Shown here in pieces: positions 1 through 13,002 of a DNA stretch of 64,000 nucleotides (its first letter is position 1; each line of letters starts with the position of its first letter). The stretch comes from Harriotta raleighana (lineage: Eukaryota). A program made the position numbers and the translations under genes. The stretch is taken from NCBI GenBank assembly GCA_050575255.1, contig JBNZDD010013704.1, forward strand, positions 4,432,941 through 4,496,940, in the 5' to 3' direction. The notes beneath the pieces were generated by a model, which had not been told where the DNA came from, did no database searches, and saw nothing but the letters and a program-made list of their open reading frames with translations.

Positions 1-505
1 TGAATTCTGGTCATCCCATCCTTCATCATATCCTCTATCACTACACCTTACTCTGGAACTCCCCTTCTCTCAATCCTTTCATCTCACTGCCTCTCTATCT
101 GTCTTCAGAAACTGCATAAAAACTTTGAGCATACCTCGAGCAACCAACCCCCCCGCCCTCCCCACTCCATGTTACTTTAATTTAAGAAAAATATGATTGC
201 AAGAATTTTTTTTGTAAATCATCCCAAATATTATAAAGTAGAATTATAGAAACAATTGGAACCACGAAACATGCCTTAATCCTCAGTAGTCCCTGAAAGA
301 ATTGTATGATTGGAGCCTGTGAGATTTTGCCTTGTTGCAGAAATGTTACTGCAATCATTAAAGGACTAGTGAGGTCTCTCTAAACTAGTTTTTAGAGCTT
401 ACACGTTATGCAGTTTAGCTTTGTGCTTGGCCAGAATATTGCTTAAAAATGACAATCAAAGTTTACACATAACTTTGTGAGCTATGGCATTTAATGTATC
501 CATAC

Positions 506-790
506 AATAATAATAATTCTTGCATTTGATAGAACATAGAATATTGCAGCACAGAAGGAGGCCACTTGGCCCAATGTGCCTGTGCCGGCTCTTTGAAAGA
601 GCTTCTCAATCAATCACACTCTCCCGCTGTTTCCCCATAAAATATTGATATAGCACCTATAACATCAAAAAATCCTCTGATCACTTAACTGATGATTGCC
701 TCCAAGTCTAATGACCATATGTTGTAGACACAATTGTGGCAGCAATTTTTGCACAGCAATGAAACAAATGACCATTTTCTTGACCCGGAC
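506..790 (-). mobile_element. SINE 3' part interrupted by a CR1 LINE 3' tail (about 531-640)
   Basis: aataataattcttgcatttgata tail, then agaacatagaa...cacagaaggaggcc CR1 terminus, then the SINE resumes. Confidence 0.6.
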
Positions 791-999
791 ACCCTTTCCC
801 CTTCTCATTTTGAGGTATCTTGCAAACCATAAAGTTAAAGATTCGAATCCTGGTCTGCGATGGGGCAACTTTGGAGCAGTATAGTTGGGTTAGGGGGAAG
901 TGAAAAATGCTTTTGGAAAGAGAACTCTGCTCAAAAGCAAGGTTCATGATGAGTTGGATGAGGACAGCATTATGTTTGAATATCCTGGCAGTACTGACT

Positions 1000-1215
1000 A
1001 ATGAAGAATTGTCAATTGGCCCAGGGACTTTTAGTTACCATACTCCGAAACTCTGGAACACTCTCTCTCAATCCCTGTGTCTTGCTCCCTCTCTCCATTT
1101 TTCGACTGTCACCTCCCCTAACCCACCTGCCCAGCTCGTCATCAGGCTCTGCCACTGTTAAGCATTCAGAGACGCTACCCTCTGTGGAGGGCACTATTCA
1201 AGTGCAAGTTGTTGT
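1000..1215 (+). mobile_element. Old L2-clade LINE 3' fragment
   Basis: Remnant translating as P.LWN.L, a pyrimidine-rich UTR and a tail ending caagttgttgttg. Confidence 0.55.
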
Positions 1216-1575
1216 TGAGGTAATAGAAGATACCTGTAAAATGGTGCACCAGGAAGAGGCATTGCCTTCAACAGAAAACAATGGCAAAAAATTACACTCG
1301 GACATATTAATTATGTGGAAACAACAATTAACTTTCATTGCCAACGATTATAATATTGAAGACGGCACACTTTCAAAATGTGGAAAGTTGTCAAAAAACG
1401 TTTTTGCAAATTATTGGCGATAGACGGAGAGGTGTAGACAATTTATTGTTTGTGGAAATCTTTATATTGATACAATTTCTAGAAAGATAATGGTTAAGAT
1501 GCAAACTTTTGAAATAAGCTTCTTTGAAAAAAAGATGTTTCAACTTAACAGTTTCTGTCAATCTATTTTTTGCAG

Positions 1576-1634
1576 GTTTCAGCTTTTATCTTGCACATGA
1601 GTTTTTTGATGCCCTTCCAATCCACAAGTTTCAG
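1576..1634 (+). CDS. NDUFAF7: NDUFAF7 internal coding exon, (G)FSFYLAHEFFDALPIHKFQ; upstream exons lie outside the window
   Basis: ttttttgcag acceptor and CAG|gtaag donor; 59 nt. Contains the AHEFFDALP motif of the NDUFAF7/MidA SAM-dependent methyltransferase family. Confidence 0.93.
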
Positions 1635-2019
1635 GTAAGACCACCAATCTCTGTACTATATTATTAATTTGCTCAGATTCTGTGATAATGTTTGTGTTGT
1701 CCTTTCAACTTCCTTTTAAATATTAGTTCACGTAACTTCCAATTTGTTATCTTTAGCCAGCTGTGGAATAGATACATTTTAGTACTACAGTAAAAGCCTG
1801 TTTATCCGGCACTCAAGGGACCTGGCCAGTGCCGGTTAAAAAGCTTTCCGGTTGAACGTTTTTTTAAAAAATAATTAAAATTAAAAATTATTTTAACACA
1901 TANATTATTAATTAGCTCAGATTCTGTGTTGTCCTTTCAACTTCCTTTTAATTATTAGTTCACGTAACTTCCAATTTGTCATCTTCACCCAGCTGTGGAA
2001 TAGATACATTTTAGTACTA

Positions 2020-2667
2020 CAGTAAAAGCCTGTTTATCCGGCACTCAAGGGACCTGGCCAGTGCCGGTTAAAAAGCTTTCTGGTTGAACGTTTTTAAAAA
2101 AATAATTAAAATTAAAAATTATTTTAACACATACCTTATTAATAATAGACTAAATAATAACAGATAATAACAAAATATTGTATGGGTACTTGTAAATGTT
2201 GTACACTTCATCATACAAATAATAGACTAAATACAATAATAACAGATACTGTAATAACAGAATATTGTATGGCTACTTTATTGTAAATATTGTACACTGT
2301 ACCATATAAATAATAGACTAAATATTATTATTTATTATAGTATCTGTTATTATAGTAACATATACTATAATAACAGAATATTGTACTAGTACTTTATTAT
2401 TTAAACTTAGCTTCTGCAATGGCCGCCATGGCAGGAAAAAAAAACGTCAGTGCAACTTTTTTTTAAAAACGGCAGTAGCGCGACATTAGATTCAACTAGC
2501 GGCCAGCCAATATACCCGCACAGTACTCGTGGGCGACAATCAATTCATTAAATGCGTCTTCGCTTTTCTGCTGGATAACTTGCAGTTTATCAAATCGGGA
2601 CTTTTTTGAGTTGCCAGTTCAACGGTTTTTCCTGTTCATTGAGTCACGGATAAACAGGCTTTTACTG
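2020..2667 (+). mobile_element. Non-autonomous Tc1/mariner (pogo/Tigger-like) MITE
   Basis: Perfect 21-bp TIRs CAGTAAAAGCCTGTTTATCCG / CGGATAAACAGGCTTTTACTG with TA on both sides and no transposase ORF. The partial left end at 1788-1902 lies in a gap-flanking duplicate. Confidence 0.9.
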
Positions 2668-3429
2668 TATTAACCAGAGCATGAAAGCTGGATTTCTTGG
2701 GGTGGTACAGTATATACAGTGCTATTGTACAAGGATCAATTAAAAGAAGGTGGTGTAAGTCGATTTTTTGTTACATTTAGTTTTAAAATTTCTAATCAAA
2801 GGTAGAGCATATCCTTGCTACACACAGTATTAATGGAAAAAATAAGTTGAAATGTTGCAAGCCCTTTTGTAATATCTGCTTCACAATATTGGACTGATAT
2901 ATTGAGTAAACAAGCACATTCACTGTGAATGTAGAGGCATACTCAAGTTTTAAATTTCAGTTGTCCCAATAGAGATATTGTTTAAAATGAGTTGCACTGT
3001 GGTCAAAAGAGGCCCCATGTGAAAGGCGCTCTATAAATGTAATTTTGTTGTTGTTTTATATTTTTACATGTTACCTATAAGTAAGATGGTCATAAAATAA
3101 ACCAGGATTTTGCCAAATTTCTCACTGATGAACAATTTTGTATCTGGTAGCCAGGGTGGTACAGATGAGGTATTGAAAACATGGACATGTCCTGGCCTTT
3201 TCCCAATGCCCCTCAAGGATTTCTGTTGGAGGCACAAATTGTGATCCAAATCATATCTTATTTACAGACTTTGTAATAAGTTATAAAGTGGAATTTTCAG
3301 AGGTTTGGCCCTCTATGGTTAGGGAATGGTGCAGGATAGGAAAAATAAGGGTTTTTTTCCCCCATAAAAAACAAAGGCCATGTAAAATTCATGTATTTGA
3401 CATACTAAACCACACTAAACTCCACACCC

Positions 3430-3830
3430 CCATCACACAGTTCGAGCCTGGCTCCACTGGCTCCCTATGACTAAATGGTTTTCAATGGTCTTCATGCCTT
3501 GACACCTCCCTACTTCTCTGACCTGTTTACCTCCCAACCCACTACCCGTTACCTCTGCTCGATGGGTTCCAGCCTGCCCCGTGTTCCCTCGTGCCCTCCG
3601 TTCCACCATCAGTGGCCGCACTTTCAGCCACTTTCTCCTCGAAACTCTGGAACACTTCTTGTATCCTTTCGTCTTATCCTCTCCTTCCCCATCTTCAGGT
3701 CTTGCCTGAAGACCTTCCTCTTCAAACTTGCCGACTGTCACTTACCCCTCCCCCCGGCTTGGTGTCATATTCCGCCACTGTCAAGTGTTCTGGGACGATA
3801 CCTAGCATGAGGGGTGCCACATAAATATGT
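3430..3830 (+). mobile_element. Degenerate L2 LINE 3' fragment
   Basis: Remnants translate as LHALTPPYFSDL and FRSCLKTFLF, followed by an L2-type tail. Confidence 0.65.
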
Positions 3831-3839
3831 AGGTATGTA

Positions 3840-4070
3840 GATAGGTTCAATGTCCTTTCAAAGCACCTCATAGGGTTTACCATAAAGTGTGGTGTATTTT
3901 GTAGGCAAACAGGAAAGCCAAGTTGTGTGCAGCACAGTCCCACAAACAGTCGTGAAGTGAATGATCAATTTTAATTTGTGGCCTGTTGTCTACCAGTCAT
4001 AAATGTTTCTCTTTTGAAACAGAGCTATGGGATCTTTAACACCACCTGGACAGACAGGTGGGACCTCGGT
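3840..4070 (-). mobile_element. DeuSINE fragment
   Basis: gggatctttaacaccacctggacagacaggtgggacctcggt is the reverse complement of the Deu-domain segment seen in fuller copies in this window. Confidence 0.6.
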
Positions 4071-4294
4071 AAAATAGGAAGAGAGTACATAATTAATTCT
4101 CGTTTGGATGGTTATTTTATAATAAAGCAATTGCTTTTTGAAGCATTTGCAGCACAATGGGGCAAAAGGTTCCAGACAGGTAACACTAGAAATCAATAGA
4201 AACGTTTCTATGGTATAATAAAAGGTCAAGTAAGATTTTTAAATGATGGATATTAAGATTTTGTTTGTACAGTACCAAGTTATTTTATTTACAG

Positions 4295-4408
4295 AGAACT
4301 CAGAAGGGATGGTGTGAGTTGCTGATTGATGTTGAACCCAAGGTATCAAACAAGTTGCGGTTTGTTCTAGCACCTTCAGCCACACTGGCTTCAAAAACAT
4401 TAATTCAG
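4295..4408 (+). CDS. NDUFAF7: NDUFAF7 coding exon RTQKGWCELLIDVEPKVSNKLRFVLAPSATLASKTLIQ
   Basis: tttacag acceptor and CAG|gtaag donor; 114 nt, phase 0/0. Resembles the recalled vertebrate NDUFAF7 segment GWREV..D.DP..SDKLRFVLAPSAT. Confidence 0.94.
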
Positions 4409-5489
4409 GTAAGATTAAGTAGGTGGAAAAAATTATTGATCCATATGTTTGGTTTTCTTTAAGAAAATAAAGTGTCCTTTTTATTGTTCTTTAAAGATTG
4501 TTCCTTTATAAAATGAGGTTTGTATTTCGTCAGATAGAAGAGATGTGTGAAGCAAGGTGCATTGTGTGTGTGTGTGTGTGTAAAAAGAGGACATTGATGG
4601 AAGAGAGAGGAAACCAAACTGTACTATTGTGGATCATTTAGTAGCAGACAGATAGTAATATTGGAATAGATGTGGGAACAGACTACCAAGCCCTCTTAGT
4701 TCAGAATTATGGATTGTTTGAAAAGCAAAAATCTATTTGTAGAAGAAATTAATTGAGAGTATAATAGATAGTGGAATAGGATTTTTCCTTATTTTAGAAT
4801 GGAGGCCATGTGGCTCAAATCCATAGTTCCATTCCACTTTATTCATATGGAAAATATGTGTGCGTGTGTGTTGGGGTGAGATGGGGAGTGCGGAGAGGAG
4901 GTGTAAAAGTTAAGGGTTCAGTACTCTGAGACGCTGTCTTGTGCCAAGTATGCTATATGTAAATGCCAGCTGTGGTTGTGACTGTTTAGCAATAGAATTT
5001 GCAATTTGCTTGAAGGATGTGTAGGTGTGAAACCTTTGAGAGCTACAGTGGCCCATTTGCTCTGTAATGCAAAAGCCTTTTCAGTGAACTCTGGAAATTG
5101 AGGTTTTTTTAAAAAAAAACTGGATCACGTATTTCTTTCATCTGATAAAATCTAATCTTTTTGAAATTTATATATGAAAAAAATGGTTCTGTCTATCTAC
5201 AACATTTTACAAACCAGTGACCCCCTACTCACTGTAAAAAAAACAAAAAATTACATTTGTATTGCGCCTGTGACATTGGGAGGAGAGCCATCAAATGTTC
5301 ATCGGTTTAATTTTTTTTAAAATTCCAATATGGAAGTTTAGTCTAGGAATTTATCAAACTGTCAACCAGATCAAAGGAGAACATAACAGTAATTTGATAG
5401 TAGAAAGTTACGCACTTAAGAAGAATGAACAAAACATTTTCTACATTTGTTCAATGATTGTTTTTTAAAAAGTCCTTCTTAACCTGCAG

Positions 5490-5633
5490 AGAGATGAAGA
5501 AAGAGACCATGTAGAGATCTGTGCTGAGGCTGGTGTTATCATCCACAGACTGGCTAACCGAATCGCTGAAGAAGGGGGAGCAGCGTTGATAGCTGATTAT
5601 GGACACAATGGAACAAAGACAGACACTTTCCGA
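5490..5633 (+). CDS. NDUFAF7: NDUFAF7 coding exon RDEERDHVEICAEAGVIIHRLANRIAEEGGAALIADYGHNGTKTDTFR
   Basis: ctgcag acceptor and CGA|gtacgt donor; 144 nt, phase 0/0. Contains the GGAALIADYG motif. Missed by the ORF track. Confidence 0.95.
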
Positions 5634-5864
5634 GTACGTTTAACAAAGTGTGATTGTAAAAAGCCATTGGCATTCATAGGTATCCCACCACTTGTGACCA
5701 TTCCAGGGTTCAGTCTTGTATGACATGTGAAACTTTAGATATCTGGGATATATCACCTGTTGAACTTTTTGTGCTATTGTGTTTTATATTCTGAAATGAG
5801 TTGCTCTTCATTGTCAAGTTTTCTGGTTGTATTATCAGTATAATAATGCTTTTTAAAATTTAAT

Positions 5865-6460
5865 CCCCCCCTTACCCTCTTTTCCCCCTTTCTTCCCCGT
5901 CCAACTTCCGCGACTGTTTTTGGGACAACACTGCTGTGCGCAATTTGGCTGCTGTGTTTCACCCATAAATATACAGTTGGTTTTTCCTGCTTTCCTTCCC
6001 CCTACCCGATCCATTCCCTTGCCATTTTTCCCCCCTTTCTCCCCTAACCCCACTTCCATGACTATTTGTGGGATACTGCTGTGCGCAATTTGGCTGCCAC
6101 ATTTCGCCCACAAATACAGTATACAGTCAATTTTTTTTCCTACTTTCCTTCTCCCGAACCCTCCCCCCAGCTCTGATCCCTATTTGACTGTGCAGCGCCT
6201 TGGGACGTNGATCCCTTCCCTTGCCATTTTTCCCCCCTTTCTCCCCTAATCCCACTTCCATGACTATTTGTGGGACACTGCTGTGCGCAATTTGGCTGCC
6301 ACATTTCGCCCACAAATACAGTACACAGTCAATTTTTTTTCCTACTTTCCTTCTCCCGACCCCTCCCCCCAGCTCTGATCCCTATTTGACTGTGCAGCGC
6401 CTTGGGACGTTCTCCCGACATGAAAGGCACTATATAAATGTCATTTTGTTTGATTGATTG
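5865..6460 (+). repeat. Tandem units of SINE-like core plus C/T-rich spacer, ending in an L2-type tail
   Basis: ctgctgtgcgcaatttggctgc occurs three times; one unit is duplicated across N6209. Tail is gcgccttgggacgttctcccgacatgaaaggcactatataaatg. Confidence 0.7.
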
Positions 6461-8797
6461 ATAGAGAGCAGAATATACTGAAGTGGATAACGCTCATTCT
6501 AAAGTAAACAAGAATCTCATTCCACTATCTATTATACCCCTCATTTAATTTATTTTCCAAATAGATATTCCCTTTTAAAAAGCTTTTCCTATTTNAGAGC
6601 AAAATATACTGAAGTGGATAACGCTACGTCGGTCCACCTGGCCCTCCATTCTAAAGTAAACAAGAATCGCATTCCACTATCTATTACACCCCTCATTTAA
6701 TTTATTTTCCAAATAGATATTCCCTTTTAAAAAGCTTTTCCTATTTTCCCCTCCCTCTGTCCAGTGAGCATTCTGCCTGAGGACTCTGATTTGTTTTTGA
6801 GCTTCTCTTATCAAGAGAGAAAACTGGGAAGAAAATGTAAGAGAGAAAACTGGGAAGAAAATGTAGGAGATAAAAATGTTCCCCTTGAAAATGACCTGTG
6901 AATTGACTTGGTATGGTATTGTGCACATCACTCTTTGGTATCTTGCTCAAGCGGCCAGTTTTGGTCAGCTGGATGTCTGGCACATGTGGAAACTCATCAA
7001 TATGTTTGAGTCTCCAAACCAAACTGAGAATTCCATACATCCACCTACATTTGGAAATTCATTCGTATGAAAGAGATGGTGTTCTAATATGAACTTGGAT
7101 AGTGAATGTTAGCAGGATATATGACTATGGATGATATCATAACTAATGTAGCTTCTCTTGTAGAAGAGCAGAATATTCTGCAGCAGAATATTTTTTAATT
7201 TAAAAAATAAGTCAAATTGCTATTTTGTGAAGGATTAATAGCCTCCTTTGTATGTGCAGACTGTTGAATTATTGATCCCCTTTCAGTCGATAGCAGAATG
7301 TTTCATAAACACTGTGCACCCCAGGCTAGTTGTAAACAATCTTTTCAACAGTCATTCAACAGCCATTTCACCCATAAATTAAATATTTTGCAAACAGGCT
7401 GTTTTAAAAAAAAATGACCTACTTTTGATGTCAAGGAGTTTCCCAATTCAAACTGAGAAAACAGCAATTTCATTTCAGTCTCTAAAGGAGTTAATTCTTA
7501 CAACCAGAGAAAAGAACACTGATAAAATAAGTATTTGAATGCAAGGCGTAGATATTATTATTTTATTACCAAACAAGATGATATTTTGAATATGGTAAAA
7601 ATAAAAGCATTAATGGCAATAACTAATGTTCCCAAGTTTTTTTAAAATACACATTTACTATCATTGTGTGTATTTAAAAGGTCTCTTGACAATTGGCCTG
7701 TTGGAATTGTCTGTCTTAATCTTCCTAATTTGACTGACATACATTGGAAATCCTAATGTCAAGAGACCTCTTGGAAGTTGCATGTTGGCCTTTGTTTGTA
7801 TGCTGTGGACATCCAACATGATGTGATATGACACAAGTTGTTTTCTCCACAATTTTGTGTTCACTGACGCTGATTCAAAGCCACATTGTGTATAAAAATC
7901 TTTGGAATTGAGCTTTCTAGGTGAGGTTTGCAGCTATAAAGTAGTTCTATTAAAACTGCTGTTTAAACTGCTTACAGTAAAAAACACTAGCCTCAGATAG
8001 TGTTATTGATGTTTGAGTGCTGAATGTTTAGTATTTCTGGATGATTGATAAACTGTTTTGTAATACTCTTGTCGGATTTAAGTAGTTTTGGTAGATTGGG
8101 TAATCCATGAACAATGTGTACCCAACCAACAACAAAGAAAGAAAACGTCCCTTTGTGATTGTCGACAGAGCTGTATATGGTTTGTTGGTACGTTACAAAT
8201 TATGTCTTGGAATAGGAGGAGCCTGTTTCTGTCCCACTGAAACAATTATCAGTATCAATTGTTCCTGCAGGAAGGATTACTTTGCAGAGGACATGGAATA
8301 GCAGAACCCAGAATATATTTTCGGAAGCATTTATGGATCATTTCTCTTTCAATTATAGCTCTTTCTTACCAGACCTGTCGTTGTCCTTATTTACAGAGGT
8401 GTTTTTAATGTCGGTGCATTACAATCCAAAGTGCTGTAATGCAAAAAATCATCAAAATGGGAGGTTTTGTGTGTGCTGTGCACAAATGTCTTTTGTTAAA
8501 TATAGCGAAAACCAGAGCTCTCCCCAGCCCGGCGGAGACGGCAGTCCGCCTAAAGAGGCATCGCACCTACCGAAAGTTAATTTTTGCATAAAATAAAATT
8601 GTGCATGCGGACTTATTAAACTTACCGTCAGTGACGGGCTACCTATGAAAATTGCACCGAGTAGTTTGAAGTCTTAAAAACGCCTCTGCTTATTTATATG
8701 GCCAGCAGTGGGTTATTGTTTCGGAGTGGGGCAAGGAGATCCTTCCTGTGCTAAAGTTCCTGGCCTCTTGTTAATGCTTACAGAGGAATGAGTGAGA

Positions 8798-8960
8798 TAA
8801 TAATAATAATAATAATCCTTGCATTTGATACAGCGCTTTTCACATCTTATCGGCGTTTCAAAGTGTTTTACAGAATATACTGTAAAGTGAATTGACTGTA
8901 TATTTGTGGGCGAAAAGCGGCAGCCAATTGCGCACAGCAGTGTCCCCACAAACAGTTGTG
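8798..8960 (-). mobile_element. tRNA-derived SINE (family A), 3' part
   Basis: (AAT)n tail plus the core gcagccaattgcgcacagcagtgtcc, shared with more than 12 copies in the window. Confidence 0.85.
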
Positions 8961-9261
8961 GTTTGAAAAAGGACAATTTCGATCCATGAGAGGAGTAGTT
9001 CATATTGGGAATTGTGGGTGTAGAATATGCTAATGTTTTTGTGGGGTGTTTGGAGTTATTCTGAGAGCAACACTAGGCAAAGTAAAGGTTTTAATTGTGG
9101 CCCTAGAAAAGTCATTAGTAATAGAGATAAACAGATTGATTCAACTTCTGTGACTTCATTCCACTTTCTGAGATGTCACCAACAGGGCTTTTTGGAGGCA
9201 TGGGAGAAGTCTCTGATAGGGAATCGTATATTGCATTTCAATAAGGAATTGGTCATTTAAA

Positions 9262-9400
9262 AATGACTGTTCGTGGGACACTGCTGTGCGCAATTTCCTG
9301 CTGCATTTTGTCTAGTCAATTTACTTTGCAGCGTATTCTGTAAAGCACTTTGAGACATCCAGAAGGAAAGGCACTATATCAAATGCAAGGATTATTATTA
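9262..9400 (+). mobile_element. SINE family A, 3' part
   Basis: gggacactgctgtgcgcaat...aaatgcaaggattattatta. Confidence 0.8.
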
Positions 9401-9848
9401 TCATTAAGTGAGCCAACAGTTTGGAGTTTAGAAACAGTTTAAAAATAGAGCAATAATGTGTTTTTTTAAATACAGAATAATGGTTTCGTTTCTGGAATGG
9501 AAATCGATAAATTTGACAGTCCAAATTCTAAAAGATTAATGAGATAGTATATTCACTGTCATTCAATGGTACGATGTCTGAGCTGAATTTGTGTTGCTAT
9601 GTTTGATTATGGCTAATTTATATATTTATCTGGATCAACCATAAGCCATTTTTAACTAGCCACCTTTTCAGCTAGACACTGCTATTAACAAAGCCCAACT
9701 TGTACTCTAAGACTTGGTTACGACTGAACACTAACTGCTTTTCAAAGAAGCTTTGCTTATGAAAGAGGAACATGCATGTAATGAAGTTGCTGGCATATTC
9801 AACAAACTTTAATATTTCTGGTAATTCCTAACATTTTATTTCATGTAG

Positions 9849-10022
9849 AGTTTCCGTGGCCATAAGCTCCACGATGTCCTGACAGCACCTGGAACTGCAG
9901 ACCTGACGGCAGATGTTGATTTCAGTTATTTAAAAAAAATGGTGGAGGGCAAGGTGGCCTCTTTGGGACCAATTTCACAGCAGCAGTTTCTGAAGAACAT
10001 GGGTATTGACGTGAGACTTCAG
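9849..10022 (+). CDS. NDUFAF7: NDUFAF7 coding exon SFRGHKLHDVLTAPGTADLTADVDFSYLKKMVEGKVASLGPISQQQFLKNMGIDVRLQ
   Basis: catgtag acceptor and CAG|gtagg donor; 174 nt, phase 0/0. Contains the PGTADLTADVDF family motif. Confidence 0.96.
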
Positions 10023-10154
10023 GTAGGATATTTACAGCATTTATGTTCTGTTGCCTAATGTGGATGTACATTTGTATTTATTTTGATGATATTTATGTTT
10101 GAAAAACCTGCCTACCCCCCATTTACAGAAAAGCTCAAATATTTTTTTAAAAAC

Positions 10155-10524
10155 TAACATTTGATATAGCACCTTTATCGCGTCATTAAAACATCTCAAA
10201 GTACTTTACAGCATTTAAAGTGAATTGACTCTATTTTGTGGTTGAAACGTTATCACTGTATATTTCACAACTATATATTTTCTTGCCTTCTAGACATCTC
10301 AAAGTGCTTCACAGAATACCTGTATATTGTAAAGTGAATTGTGGTCAAAACGCAGCAGCCAATTGTGCACAGCAATGTCTCACAAACAATTGTGGATTGA
10401 GTGACCAAATTTGAGGGATTATTATCAGGCGTCCCCCCGAATAAGAAAACTTACCCTGCCAGGTATCGAATCCAGATCTCTTGCTTGTGAGGCAAGTGCT
10501 TTAACCACTGAGCTAAAGAACTCC
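10155..10524 (-). mobile_element. SINE family A, near full length, plus an adjacent tail fragment
   Basis: tRNA-like head on the minus strand ending at 10524, plus the shared core and tail. Confidence 0.75.
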
Positions 10525-13002
10525 AGGATTAATGTTACATTTTTAAATAGTAGTTGATAGTATCATAGTAGGTGTTAGTTTTTCTTACTAAATTGTTTTC
10601 TTTATCATCAATTGAATGTGAGATTTAGTTTATGAACAACTGGAAAAAATATATTTATATTTTGCTTTACGTGATAAATACCATTGTTTTTGAAAAGTGC
10701 AGCATAAATCTGGATGAATAGTTGGATTACATTGGAACTCCATTTGCGCAATCACCATGAGGTTTCAGAATTGCTTTTATTCACACTGTTGTTGTCCAAT
10801 TACAATGGATGCAAACCAACTCCGACTCCACGCCCAGAATGTTTCCTTATAAGATCTTGGTGATGCAAGGGACCATATTTTAATGGGATCGATAAGATAG
10901 TGACCTGACTTCATTGGGGCATTTTTAATCATGTGTGGATAGACCTGGCTTCATTCCATGCATTAAAACAGCAATATGGGGGTTAAGTAGTATAAATAGT
11001 TTTATACTATATTGGGTTGATCCAACCACTGCAAATTTAATAGAATCATTAAGCAAGTTCTCCTAGATCATTATCAAATATGAGGGACTATATAAACATA
11101 ATTTGTTGTTGAGGTATGTGGAGTGAACATGATAAACCTATATAGTTATACAGTGCCTTTCATGTATCTTGAAGCATTTCAAATAAAGATTTATCTGCCA
11201 CTTTTGTCTAATTCCATAATTATTTTCTGATTTACATACCTTAATGCACATAATAGAGACAATATAATTCTGATTTGTGGGATTAGCAAAAATAATTTGT
11301 TGCCTTTTATCAGATAAAGATAGGATCAGTAGGATCAGATCTTGGTACAGAATGTTGCCAGAGCAAATCTTTTACTAATGTATTTTAGCAAAAGCTAAAA
11401 ACTGGTATCCTTAGTTTAACTGGTATCCTTAGAAAACTCACTGAAACATTTTAATTATTTTTCCATAACGCATGGAGAAAGATTATTTGGACCATAAATT
11501 ATTGAAATCAGCAAAGGGTTGAATAGATCATTCAGCAGTAATGTCTTTATTAACCTTCATCTCTGTGTTGTTTCTTTCTTTATCCTATTCCATTACCTAA
11601 ATCAAACTGTTGTTGTTCGCATGTGCATTGAGGCTAGCATTTTCCTCCCCTTTTATATAGGAGCACATGAGGTCATCTAATTAAATTCCACTGCTTTCTT
11701 ATACACTAATATTTCTCCTCCTGTTAGTGTCTCTTTTTACACATATGTATGGATGGCTAAACTGCATATAAAGAAAATATACAGTTGTAAAATGTACAGT
11801 GATAAAGTTGCACCCACAAAATAATCAATTCACTTTATATGCTGTAAAGCACTATCAGATGTTTCAATGACGCGATAAAGTTGCTATATCAACTGCGGGT
11901 ATTATTATAGTTACACCATCCCATGTTGTTTAATCTGGCAAGCCTTTGTTAAATTTTTCTTGTATTTTCTGCCCACGTGGAACCAGTCTAATATTAGGAG
12001 ACAGTCTTATTTGATGTAGGTGATGGAACTCAATGTTAGTTAGTTTAATCAGTAACCTAAGGGTGAATAAGTTTTCTTAAGATAAGTCAGTTGGATAATC
12101 AGAGACTGTGTCAAACCATTTTATCATTAAATGCAATTAAAACCCCCAGTAATATGGTCAGAGAATGGAAAAGCATTTGTACAATGCTGTGTTTACATTT
12201 CAAGAACCATCATCCTCATCAGTTTTTGTGAAATGTGTTAAATGAAAGAGGCATAGACCAAAGTGAGATGAAAAAAATGTTCTGTTAAACAAATTGCAGC
12301 ATTCCTGACTTCAGTTTGTCAGTCAACAACAATAGAAAATTTTATCTAATTAATTCATAAATCTTTTCATTTAGTGATTTTACTTGGATTATCTCACTTG
12401 TCTGTCCTGTAGAATGAGGTATTACATTTGTTTTCAAACTATGCCACTCCCAGCTGTTACATTTCTGTAGATTAAGAATAGACATTGGACCACAACATGG
12501 TTTTACAAATTGAACTCAGCGAGATTTAAACCGATTTTTAAATTTAGTTCACAGTGCTCTGTTGTAAGCAGGTTATGTATAATAAGGAGTCGTATAATAC
12601 AATGTAGATTAGAAAAGATGTGAATAAGAATTTTAAATACACAAAATCCTAGTTGATAAATTGTTACATAAACTGAAAAAAGAAAATGTAACCTGGTGTT
12701 GTTGGTGGATAAAAACTCCAAACGCAACTTATCAGCACCACACAACTCCCTCAGTCTCTAGAAATCATTACTAGGCCGCTGCTAGATTTTTAATAAAATT
12801 GTTGTTTACCATTGGATCATCTTAAGGACAGAATAATAAAAGATTAAGATGCATCTTTTACATCTGTTAAAATTCAAGCTTACTCTGTTTTGACAATTGC
12901 TTTTCTGCTTTCCCATTGGGCTCCTCAGCACCATCCATGGTAAAGGGGCCTAACATAAGCTGCTTCTTAACCCTTCACAAGGCAGTTCCTAACAGCTGTT
13001 AT

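Noticed and set aside
1001-1423. 140-aa ORF upstream of the first NDUFAF7 exon
   Set aside because: Its first half overlaps an L2 fragment, it has no recognisable motif, and it shows no similarity to the expected upstream NDUFAF7 exon.
2141-2400. Regularly spaced AT-rich repeats resembling a CRISPR array
   Set aside because: The units are degenerate tandem repeats without unique spacers, lie inside a MITE, and the context is eukaryotic with no cas genes.
6008-6409. Recent 200-bp tandem duplication as a biological event
   Set aside because: The junction is exactly an N (6209), the same pattern as four other gaps, so it is most likely an assembly overlap.
12190-12228. CUGAUGA...GAAA on the minus strand resembling another hammerhead
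   Set aside because: Stem II and stem I do not pair convincingly and there is no Penelope context, so it is probably chance.
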